64,000 nt of DNA, from the NCBI GenBank assembly GCA_043228905.1, contig JBHGNT010000010.1, positions 20,150,001 through 20,214,000 of the forward strand. The letters are read 5' to 3'. Shown here one piece after another: positions 45,785 through 57,459 of this stretch. Below the pieces are notes generated by a model. The model was given only the letters and a program-made list of their open reading frames with translations. It ran no database searches and had not been told where the DNA came from. Every line of letters starts with the position of its first letter. Position 1 is the stretch's first letter. The position numbers and the translations under genes were made by a program. Source of the stretch: Azolla caroliniana (lineage: Eukaryota; Plantae; Polypodiophyta).

Positions 45785-46480
45785 TTATATTATCATCTTC
45801 GGAGGTCAAATATGACCTATGAGACCAAAAATATTACATTTCACGTGATACGTGTGAAAGTGAGTAGTGACTCTCAATGTTCAAGAACTTTACCAATGAA
45901 TGTTGCAATCTAGAGTGCACATTGAGGTTGTGAGAGGAATTCATGCAAGGATTGGTCGAATATGATCAAAGGCAGAGCATTGTATCAAAGTGTGATACTC
46001 AGACTCGTGAACTTGTTTAGGGCAAAGTGTGCAGAGCCGACCACTCTCATCACTTGTGCCCCAACGCCTTGTGTCACATCGCGGGACACAAATTTTAACC
46101 AGTGTATGTGTTGTTTCCAACATTCTGAATGTTATGCAAATAGAAGAAATGAAGCTCAAACGGAGTCAATCACCGGCTGCATAATGCATATCTAGCTAGA
46201 AATTAAGATAGGGAATGTAGTATGTTTCATACAAAGTGAAGGCATATGGATAATGGTCTTAGTATGTTGTAGAAGATTTTTATATATTTGTGTATGTATG
46301 TTTTCATGTGATACTATTGTTGAATGGGTGATATGTGAAATGATGCATGAGGCAGAATGTCAGTTAGAATTTAATGATGTCAAAATCTCTAGATGCAACA
46401 TGCATATCTGTGATTTCATGCCAGAAGATAAGCTAATCTCAAGATAAGACAACAGATGAAGCACCTTGAACAAAAATGGT
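45785..46480 (-). mobile_element. 5'-truncated older LINE fragment related in type to 40686-45768
   Basis: RCDTRRW...RLCTLCPKQVHESEYHTLIQCSAFDHIR matches the same C-terminal CCHC module. It ends in GATAATATAA followed by (TC)n. Confidence 0.7.
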
Positions 46481-47769
46481 ATGGAATGAGTAGAGCTCCT
46501 CTAAACAAGATCAGACCACTTGTGAAAAAATTATCTCCTCATTATATCTAGGGAGAATAGGGATCACATAACAAAGGGAATGCTACATCTAAGATCTCTT
46601 TGCTATCTTGTACAGATTATGGACCCGGTGTTAGTTTGATCTTTGTATTTTTGCATTTGTTTGCATGTGGCTTAAAAATTTCACTGTTATTATGGTTCTA
46701 GAATTGCACTTTGAAGAAAATATTGCATTAAAAATCAAAGTAGGATAGGCAAGGTCAAAAATACATCTCTGAAGCATTTAGATGCCATGAACATATTGTC
46801 TAATTGGTTCAAACTTCCATGGAAAAAAATTTGTGATATTAAGCTCAAATACATCTTGATTTATACAAGAGATACAAGTGTATGCTTATTTTTTAATCAA
46901 TCAAAAACTTGAAGAGAGAACAACGGAGTCATTAGGATTCCATAATAGTCAAGAATATTCCTCCAGTTTTATGCTTGTGGCATTATTTCTAATTGCTGAC
47001 TTTGCTTCGTCAAGGACACATTTTTCTTTAGGTGAGTTAGTCTCCAGGTCCTTGATAATGATATTCGTGACAATATCGACAATATTTCATAAATAAAATG
47101 TATTAGATGATGAGCAACTCTAGACTCTATGACCAATTCAAAATCCTTTTTCTGTCCATTGCTTTGTTTGTAGACCCCTTCTTTTAAGCTCTTCCCTATC
47201 TCCACAAGACCAAATCTGTTATTCTTGTCAGGTGTAAAACTCTGAGCTCTTTGAACATCATATATGCGCAAATGCACTTCTAGACAAGTTGTTGGGTGGA
47301 AACGAAGCAGTACTGAACTGGGAAGCCATGTATATCAGAAGGAAATGAGCAGTATTGTGTCTTTCAAAAAGCAAAAAAATTGGTAACATAAAATTCTAAT
47401 AATTTTTGCTATTTTCTATGATAATTCTATTTTATTATAGAAGCTTATCTTTAAGAATTTTCTCAGTATATTTCCCCAGGCTGTTTACAATGTTGATCAA
47501 AAACGTCAAAATGCAATTAGCATCTTACCATAAGTGATCTCAATAAGGATTTGAAAATTTCTGAAAATTCAATCACCATGAGATGTTGGTTCTGAAAGTT
47601 TTGACTGCCAATCTAAGATTTCTTCAAGACACAAGGCATTAGTGATATAGTCATCTTTTGCTGAAGTTTATTTTCATTAATGCAATGTTACATACTTTCT
47701 ATCATTTGCAGAAGAATTTCATTGCATGGCCATAAGCTGTATATGGATATTGACTCTCATATATAAACG

Positions 47770-50700
47770 ATGGATGACCGTAGTAAACCAGGTAATTATT
47801 GTTGAAGCTTTTAACTTAAAAAATCCTGTTCAGTCAAGTGCATGTATATTCCAACCTTCTAAAAAAATGAACTGTTTTGCACACATAAAACTTCATGGCC
47901 CTCCAAATTGATGGAGGTCTAACACATGTGCTAAAACATTATAACCAAATATTCTGATTTTATATGCATCTCATGTGAGTAATGTGAGAAATAGATGACA
48001 ATGCTAGATATTAAACATAGCATAGTAAGCTTCTTCGAGTTAACAGTTTATGCTCCAGAACCAGGGGGACCAACAACTACTATCACCTTGGGTGTGTAAG
48101 CGTGTACTTGTCTTAGAGGTGTGCCTTTTAAGAACCAAAGTAGAAATGTAGAGCACATTGTTCATGTCCAGGTTAGTGGATGTGGCCCTCTGATTCACAA
48201 TCAGTGATGCTATGATATCCTTCTTTGAGTATGTTGTGCAGATTGGGTGATAGATATATTGTTCTATCACCATGGAGGTTAAAGTATGAGCTATGGAACC
48301 AAAGTGAAACATTCTCACGCAGTGTGTCCAGACACATTGTCTTGGCAATATCTGGACTAAGCCATGCTTTTCTGGGCTTCTTTGCAAATGCAACTAGTCT
48401 CTGGATATTAATGGCAGGGTGGTCTACTCTCAATGGCAGATTGTGCATGCACTGGGGCTGCCTGAGTGGACTACAATTCCAGTCACTGTGTAGATGTGAT
48501 GAATGTGCCAGAGTCACAGATTCACTACCTTAATGCACCCATGCTCATGTATATGTTGTGGGATGAGTCTACTCTCTGGTGTTCTAGATTGTACCAATGT
48601 TAATTATCTTGAGAGATATATTTTATGGCTATATAGTCCACGGTCACCTGCTTTTGGTGTCAACTCTATCAAGATATCAATGAGAAAAATATGCTTTACT
48701 TTAGGAACTGGTGTTAGGTATGCTAGATGATGTATCCCTAGCCATGAGTTGGCATTGTAATAGGGCATTGCTCACACATTTGATTTTCATCATTGAATCC
48801 AGTAATGAGTTACCGATAACAGCTCTTGTACCACATGTTTTTGCTCTCTCTAGTATGGAGGAGATATATTCCATGATCAAATAGAATGTACCATTGGATG
48901 TCACTGATAATTTTTCTGGGACATGATTAGAAAATTTCCGCTCCCCCCAGCCCCATCTGCAGGTTAGTCATTTGGGGCTGGGACTGGAATATTTTGGTTT
49001 TTATAAAAGCAGATATGTTTCTTCATGATTCTATATTGATTTAGAAAACAAACATGCCCATTTACAAAAAAACTGAATTGTTGGTTTTATGAATGTTGAA
49101 TTTGTGATGCGATTCTGATTTGCAGGTTATCAGTTGGACACATCAGTCCTAATTGTAGAACTTGATTCTAGTGAAAGGTTCATTTTGTCACACCTTTCAA
49201 CAGGAAGTTTCACACATGTGATTTCAATTGATCCTACAACAGGGGAACTCATATTTACTGATAGACTTGGATATGGTAAATTCTCCTCAGAGGTAGATGC
49301 TCTTAATCATATAACTGCAGGTTCACGAGTTGTGAAGAGCAAGGTTTATGCACGAGCAATACTGGGGTATACAGTCCTGGGAAATGTTGGTTTGCTTCTT
49401 GTTGCAACAAAACTAAGAAATTCTATACAGCAGCTTCCAGGAGGTGGTTCTGTTTGTTTAGTGGAGGAGGCACAATGGGTGAAGATTACGTTAAGAAATC
49501 CACAGCCCATCTCAAAATTAGAAGCGAAAAATGTGGCTGATTTGCAGGAAATTTACATTGATGGCATGTACTACTTCTGTGAGACCAGGGATATCACAAG
49601 ACCATTTCCCAGTGATCACTTGGTTACTGATCCAGACAAGGAATTTGTTTGGAACGAGTGGCTATCAACAGCCTTCAAGAATCTTGGATTAAATGATCAT
49701 TGTGTTGCTTTGTTGCAGGTAATCTTTGTCCTACAATGTGTTTGCATTAATTTTAATTTACACACTTGTATGGAATTTGAATTCTTGTGGATTGACTTTC
49801 TAATGATGGTTACAGGGATTTGCAGAGAGTGGAATGTTTATGGATGGAAGGGGTCAACAGGTAATAATTTCTTTGATAGCTAGACGCAGCAGATTACATC
49901 CAGGAACTCGGTATTTGGCCCGTGGTTTGAACTCAGCATTCAGTACAGGTAGAATATCAGCTTTTCATGACCTTTATTCTGATACGATAGTTGTTTATTA
50001 GATACATTCTTGCTATTAACTTTACATCTGTATTATTTTCAGCATTCTCATTTGGAAGTTTCACTATTTGAAGCCATTTTTCCATTCTTGTTATTCTTTA
50101 GGAAATGAAGTTGAGTGTGAGCAGATTGTTTGGCCATCACTCTCAGGAACCAAGTCTATTCCATTCAGTACTTATGTTTGGCGACGTGGCACTGTTCCTA
50201 TCTGGTGGAAAGCAGAGATAAAATCCACAGTAGCAGAAGCAGAGATATCAGTGAATGAAAAGGATACATACAGAGGCTCTCACATTTATTTTTCAAGGTT
50301 GGGTCTGCGTTATGGAGACCAATACAAGTGTAATATGCAAGGAACGTCTCCTGTACCCATTGTTTGCATAAATCTGCTCCGTAATGGTTCTGGAAAGCCT
50401 GAATCAATTTTGTCTTTTCATTTCGAGAAGTGTGTAGATGCCGTAAACAACAAAATAGAACCAACAGGCATAAAAATATCCTTGGTTAACTATGATTGGC
50501 ACACCCAAAATAAGATGCTAGGAGATGAAGGAACTGTGGATGGCTTATGGCAACTTTTGAAGCCTTATGCCCCAGAAATGGGATTTACAATGGGATATTT
50601 CTCACTTTCTGATGAAAGAACGCCTCCAGATTCTATTATAGTACGGAATATTGGTACAATCGGTGGTATATTTGTAATATCAAATACTCAAAAAGGAGTC

Positions 50701-53700
50701 CTGCGCTTTAACTGTGCAGATTCTTTGGATCGGACTAATGCTGCAAGCTTCTTTTCTGCTTTGCAAGTCTTACTTGAGCAATGCAGGCAGCTGGGTCTAT
50801 CTATGAACTCAAACCGATTTTTAGAATCACGAACATCATTTAATAGGGAGAGAGATCCTTCTAGGGGAGCTCTTGGTCCCCTTCCACCTGGTTGGGAAAG
50901 CCGTTGCGACGCTGTAACTGGGAAGGTTTTCTACATTGACCATAATACAAGGACAACTACATGGGTGCACCCTTGTCCTGATGAAGCATGGAGGAGATAT
51001 GACATGACAGTTTATGAATTCAAGGAGGCGACACTGCCATCTCCGGTATCTGTGCTTTCAGGTCTCTTTTTAAGTGCGGGAGATGTACATGCAACTCTTT
51101 ACACAGGCTCAAGAGCTATGCATAGTCACATTCTACAGATCTTTAGTGAGGAATCATCATCAAAATCCAAACAATATGCTGCTGCTCAAAATATGAGGAT
51201 CACACTCCAAAGAAGATATTTGAATGTCATTGTGGACAGCACGAAACAAAAACAGCTAGAGATTTTACTGGGTCTCAGACAGAAAAAACATTTTCCCACA
51301 GTTGTGGATCAATCACTACAGGTTCTGTCCCGATCTCCAGCTTGTGTTTTGAAACCTTTACAGAGCAGCTTTCCAGGTCTATATGCACCGAATGATTTGA
51401 TCAGCATTAAATCAAAGGATTTGATTTGGGTAAGTGTATTTGTGGTAGTTTTTGAAAGCTCTTCTGTCAGCATAAATTCATGACATATACAGATTTGTAG
51501 CCAGTTTTATTTCAAATCTATTTACTATGGGAAAACAGACAAATGCTCAGTTTTTAGGTAACATACAATAGCAAAACATTGTATGAAAACCAGAAATTTG
51601 GCTAATGGGAAATCTGCAAAAATAAGTTCATTTATTATGTATCTCCTAGTTTTTGTAGGTAGTGGTTTTATATTGTAATCCCATTATAGATTTTCTCACA
51701 TTATTCTATCATTGCAGGTTTGCCCGGACACTGCTGAAATAGTCGAGGTGTTCATATTTTTAAGAAGCCCTTGCCACATTTCCCAACTTTTATTGTCTGT
51801 TGCACATGGATTAGATGATGGCACTTCTCCTGCTTCATTTGATGTGCGATCTGGTCGCCACATTGATGGCTTGAAGCTTGTTTTGGAAGTTGGGTAACTT
51901 CCATCGGTACATGCTTTTGTGATGAAGAGAATTGTTGATCATATTTTGAAAATGGGTAATTTTATTTCCAGGGAGCTACTATACCTCGCTGTGCAAGTGG
52001 AACAAAGCTGTCTTATATTTTACCTCCTATTGTGAACTCAGAGGATGCTGCAATTACAGGTGCTGGGTCCGTTGCAGGCAGAGGTGAAAATCAGTTCCCC
52101 TGGTTGTATGAATATGAAGAGCTGGAAGGAGAGATCGATTTCTTGACCAGGATAGTTGCCATCACATTCTATCCTGCATCTACATCTCAAGGAAGCATGG
52201 GAATGACCCTTGGTCAGGTGGTTGTTCAATCTAGGCATATTCGTCAAATGGAAAAATAATCATATGTAAGTCTAACTTTTATTTTGCTTATAGATTGAAG
52301 TCCTTGGATACTCTCTTCCATGGGAAAAGTTATTGGCTGAGGATGACCCATGGAAGGGAGTCATAAAACCAGGACGAGCGAGGTATGAAAATGACAGCAA
52401 AAGAGAGGGTACAAATCCCTTTCTTGTGCCTGAAGGAAAGCCTATACCTGTACAACGTGAAAGAGAGATTACAAATCCCTTTCTTTTACCCGAAGCAAAG
52501 CTGAATGGGCATGAAATTGAACCTAATGGGGGAGTATTACCAGTGAATTCTAGCAGTCTAGGACATGGGTTAGACTTATTGACAGGTGATATAAATGTAA
52601 CAAGTCAATCTTCTATGCCTGTCAGCTGGGACAATATACCATCCATTAAACCATCAGAGCATTGGGATTTATTTGCTTTTGCTCCACTACAGACTTCAGA
52701 TAAATTTGAAGATCCTCTACATAAGGAGAGTGCTATGGAGAGCAATATGAACATCAATGTAGAAACTAAGACTACTTCAGATGAATATTTAGAGTATGTA
52801 AAACGTTTTCGTCGTTCTGACCTGGTAAATAACAAGTCCTTTACAAATCACACCATGTTTCTATCTATTTCCTTTTTGAAATTTATTTTTGCTTCTCTTG
52901 TTATTCTCAGAACCGACGTTTAGAATTCTCTGAAGCTGTGGAATTGGAGATTAGACGTTTTCAACTTGGTTTATCTGCTGCTGATAGGGATCGGCTCCTT
53001 CTTTCTATTGGGAAAGATCCTGTTTCCATGGATCCTAATCGCTGTTTGTCATCTTCATATGCAGCACAAGTATTTCAGATCTCAGCACAACTAGCTATTC
53101 TAAAGCATGTAACACTTGAGGATGAAATCTTATCTGTAACAGGGCTGGAAAAGTATGTTTTAGAAGACACTGGAGAAAAAGTAGAGGCTATCACTGGCTC
53201 CCAAATCCATGACAACACAGAGAATAGAACAAGCTTGAGGTGGAAGCCTTCTTCTGAAGTACCAGGACTTGCAATATGTGAGCTATGCAGACGCAAACAA
53301 TATTCAGTTTCTAGAGTCAATAATGAAGAATCTGCATTGGCTGGCACAGAATTTATTGTCCAAAATCTAATATCAGATGATGCAATATGGCTGGAAAGCT
53401 GTCCTCAGATAGTTCTTCATGCTCTGCTTTTGGATCACCTAAAGGCATTGGGATCCCAAAGAAGGAAAGAGAGGATCACAAATGCAGCAGCCAAGGCTAT
53501 TAAAGATGTATATGGTGATTGTTTGTCTCTAATTTCTGATGAAGGTGGTGTAGAAATGAATAGAAAACAGAAGTGGTTTGAAGCTCTTCTTAATGGTGAA
53601 AAATCTATAGCAGAATATCCACATGCAAGCTTGCTAGAAAGTGTGAGTTTGCCTTCATAATGTGTGCTACTTGTGTGTTGTTTTACACATGATCTTTCGA

Positions 53701-55942
53701 CGCAGAATACTTGGATGCATTTGTAAAGTAATAACTGAAATTTTTGTTTCTCCTCAGGTGGCAACTGCGGAAGGTGCTGTATCATCTCTTTCCTTACTCG
53801 TAGATCCCTTTTTAGGCTCCTCAAGAACATACTGGAAAGCTCCATCTGGTGTCTCAACTGTCACATTGACTATAGTCTTATCCTCTCCATCTGTTGTCTC
53901 AGGATTGGTATTGTTTGTCAGCTCTTGTGGATACACTCCACATGACACCCCTCTTGTAAGTGTATATCGTTTTTAACGATATCAGGGAAATTCCTACTCT
54001 ATTCTGAAAGCTTGATTTCTAAAACGTTGGAATATTGCTTGTAGTTGGATGTATGGGCAGGAAATTGGATCACTGAAACAAATCGTACATTAGTCGGTAG
54101 ATGGGACCTGGGCAAAGAAGCTGCTGCTTCCCCTAATGTTTTTGGTGAAGAACAGTCTGGAAATGTCAACGACCAAACAGGGTTGCGCTTCCTTTCATTT
54201 CAATTTTCAAAACGGGAGCAGTGCCGTATCCTTTGGGTGAAGCTTACACTGCAAAATTCTTCAAGAGTTTCAGTTGATTCAAGACTCGATCTTCTGAGTT
54301 TGGCTCCATCAAGTAAGAGAAATGAATCTGGTGGAGCTACTTGGGCACCTCCTTGTATCCACGCTAGAAGGATAATAGTTGTAGGAAGCAGTTTGCAAGA
54401 TAAGTCAGATCTAATGCAGAATAATTCATTATTGAAACAAAATTGGAGGAATTTCCTTGAACAGCCAGTCTCCTATGGCCGCTTAAAGGTAATAAAAAAA
54501 TGTTTTCCTCAGTTCAATTCAAAGTTGTAACTGGTAACTATCGATGATGTTTTGAAGAGTTCTATACTCACACAATACTACTGGATTAGTCTGTTAGATC
54601 TTTGATTAAGCTACATTTATGTATACGATGGCTTTTCATTAAATATCAGTGGCTCCAGTTTTCTGAAGAAAATTGTTTTCCCTCATTATGCTCCAGCAGT
54701 GAGAATGACGTATAGATGAGTTTACACTCTTTATATTGGAAAAACTTTACTATTTTCCGTGAGCATGCCAGAGGGCCCAATATTATGCCCCTTCCTCCCT
54801 TTAAAACGTAAAGAGAATATTCTTGCAAGTGCATATTAGCGAAGTAGTTTATTCAAAGGTTTTGGACAGAAGAGGAGATTCATTTGATGACTGTTCTGAG
54901 GGGCTAAGCCTCATCATTAGATTATGCATGGCAAAGGCTCATATTTAGGCTTGGATTGAAAATTCTTTCATCTGGTTCCTAGGATTTCTATTTTAAGTCT
55001 GATCTTATTAAGTCTCCTCTGAATCTTGGTGACGGTGATTGTTTTACAAAATAAACAGGTTCAGGTGGAAGGAGAGGCATATAAGGAGAGTGATCGCATT
55101 GTGGAGCAGATATATTCGTTATCTGCCCCAAATATTGCTGGGTTTCGATTGGATGCCTTGCACACTATCAAGCACACCGTGAAGTCTATCACAACAAAAA
55201 ATGAAAATATTCTAGATTCTATTTTGGAGTCTATAGAAGGATTAGTGATAAATCGTGGGACATTACACATACGTGTGTCGGCAGTTCAGGTTGTGGAAAT
55301 CTTTTGCTTTTATTTATTTTGTTATTTACCTTGTTGAATGCTAACCAGAAATATCCATAAACTTTCAAATTTTAGCAGAATATCCATTTTGTAGTTGTAA
55401 GTTTTGTTTGTACTCCAAAGGAGCATTCTGATAATGTCAGAAATCTAGGAATGTTCTGGAACTTTAGGGTATTTATGGCAGTTCTGGGAATTTATGAAAC
55501 TTTAGGGGTATTCTGATAAATATCCAAAATTTACGGTTCTGTTAGCGTTTATTAATGGGTAGTTGTCTGTTAGATTAAACAATAAGCTTGTCTAAAATTC
55601 TCCACTAAAAGAATATAATTCTAGAGTGTTTTTGAAACTTCTCATTGATTTTGACCGCATTATTTAATTCTTAAATAGGAGAATCGAGTTCCTGTTGGGG
55701 ACTATTTGGTGCCTATAACCCAAGTCTCCACGCCACTTTACTTCGATTTCGCAACACCAATCTGTGCAAGAGAGCTCACGTTTGAGCTGGTTGGTGACAT
55801 AACAGCATATACTGATGTGGGTGATGTAGTCTTCAAAGACCCTCCAATGGCAACTGGTCTTTCATTGGCAAATAAGATCAAAGCATACCGATATGTTCCT
55901 ATATCCGAGATGGGGAAATGGGCTATTTTGTCTACTTTTTGA
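47770..55942 (+). CDS. SAC9: SAC-domain phosphoinositide phosphatase with WW domain (SAC9-like), 12 coding exons, 1630 aa
   Basis: Exons 47770-47791, 49126-49718, 49816-49948, 50102-51429, 51718-51888, 51972-52217, 52294-52824, 52911-53642, 53758-53955, 54045-54488, 55059-55289, 55679-55942. All introns GT-AG; total 4893 nt, in frame. Motifs: ARRSRLHPGTRYLARG, WRRGTVPIWW, catalytic RFNCADSLDRTN (CX5R) and WW domain LPPGWESRCDAVTGKVFYIDHNTRTTTWVHP. Confidence 0.93.
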
Positions 55943-56219
55943 CCATGGTCTTAATATCAGACTAGATGTAGGAATATATATAAATATTCTTGTTGTAAAA
56001 AAAATTGAAGAATGGTGCCAGAGTGCATTTTTACTTGTTCATCAGTCATTATTGTGATTACTGGTGACCTGTTGTAAAAATATTGAGTTATGTGGCTCCA
56101 TACTATAAATCATTGATTTTTTTGTCATGGAATGAACTTCATATCAATTTAATGTTGTTTGCAAACAACCTAGAGGCAACTTCAAAGCATTGGCTTATGA
56201 AGAAAAGAAGGCCAACCTA

Positions 56220-56480
56220 TTCCTCCAATTCAAATATGGGTTGGTACCCCAAGAAGACGCCAATAAATCTGTTTCTCCTTATGGGGTTTCCAAACACAAG
56301 GAGAAACGCATAAATCTGTTTCTCCTTATGGTCTCCTTATGGTTTCTCCTTGGCATAACATTAGGTATATTGGTTCTGTGATTCCTCCAATGTAAGCATC
56401 AAGTTACGAACAAGGCCATTGTATTCCACAATTCAAATGTGGGCATCCCAAGAAGACACCCAATAAATCTATTTCTCCTT
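56220..56480. repeat. Degenerate direct repeats between SAC9 and CLPP4 3' ends
   Basis: CAATTCAAAT.TGGG...CCCAAGAAGAC..CAATAAATCT.TTTCTCCTT occurs twice; ATAAATCT.TTTCTCCTT occurs three times. Confidence 0.75.
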
Positions 56481-57459
56481 TAAGGTCTTTAAGCATATAC
56501 ACATTATTTTGTCATAAGGTTGATAGGAAGTTCATTTCTACATTAACAGGATAATATAGGTGTTTATATAATAAGATGCCAAAATGCCAGGAAAGAACTA
56601 TGTAGTACGTGTTTTATTATCTACCTATCCATACACATTCTTGATTGAGTTGGTTTTATTACATCAAAACTTAACATAATCAATACACTGCAACACAATA
56701 TTCACCAATTTTATTATTCTATTTTTCAAATCCGTGTCATAACAACAGGTTGGATGTCTATGCTTAAAAGAGTTCACTTCTTTTCTTCATACTAATAAAT
56801 TGATAGTCATTAAGATTGTGCTTTAAATGTTAGCACATGAATCCTACTAACCTACAAAATATCATTATTACAAATATGCAAATGATTATTTTCTTCCAGT
56901 GCATACCAATATGCCCTATGGAACCATCCACCCATGCTACCAACCTCCATTTTATAGTACTGAATTCTGTCTAATTCACTGTAATGCGCTGAATACTTTG
57001 ACACATTTCATAACCAAAAACCTCATTGTCCATTAGGCCCATTTGAAGAGTTCAATCATGTTCAGGATCTTTTAAAAAGAGCATTCCTTACCACACACCA
57101 AAATCATTTCAACATAGAGCAATGCATCAAAATGAGAGAGATCTGTATTCATCACCAGTAAGTGCACATACAGATTGAAGTTGAAATGCTCGGAAACCAT
57201 CTATCCTTTTGTAATAGATCAGATCCCAAGGACAGGATGTATAGTCAAAAGGAGCATATTAAGAGATGATGCAATCAAAGGATACTATTTCCTTTTGTAT
57301 TGAATAACAAAACAATCATATACTAGAAAATATGTGTGAGGATCGATCTATAAGAGAACTACTCAACAAGTTGGGTATATTTTGCTGACGTATTCATTTT
57401 TTACACTAAAAAAAGAATAATTAGCAGTATATATTGAATACGGCAACCCAATGCATACT

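Noticed and set aside
48040-48904. ORFs of 100-117 aa in SAC9 first coding intron
   Set aside because: No recognisable domain or splice structure. Possibly a very old LINE remnant, but unsupported.
49858-49866. Strong donor-like CAG|GTAATA inside SAC9 exon 3
   Set aside because: Using it would remove the conserved ARRSRLHPGTRY motif and break the frame. The exon must extend to 49948.
55460-55510. TTTAGGG words in the last SAC9 intron
   Set aside because: Two isolated copies, not an interstitial telomeric array.
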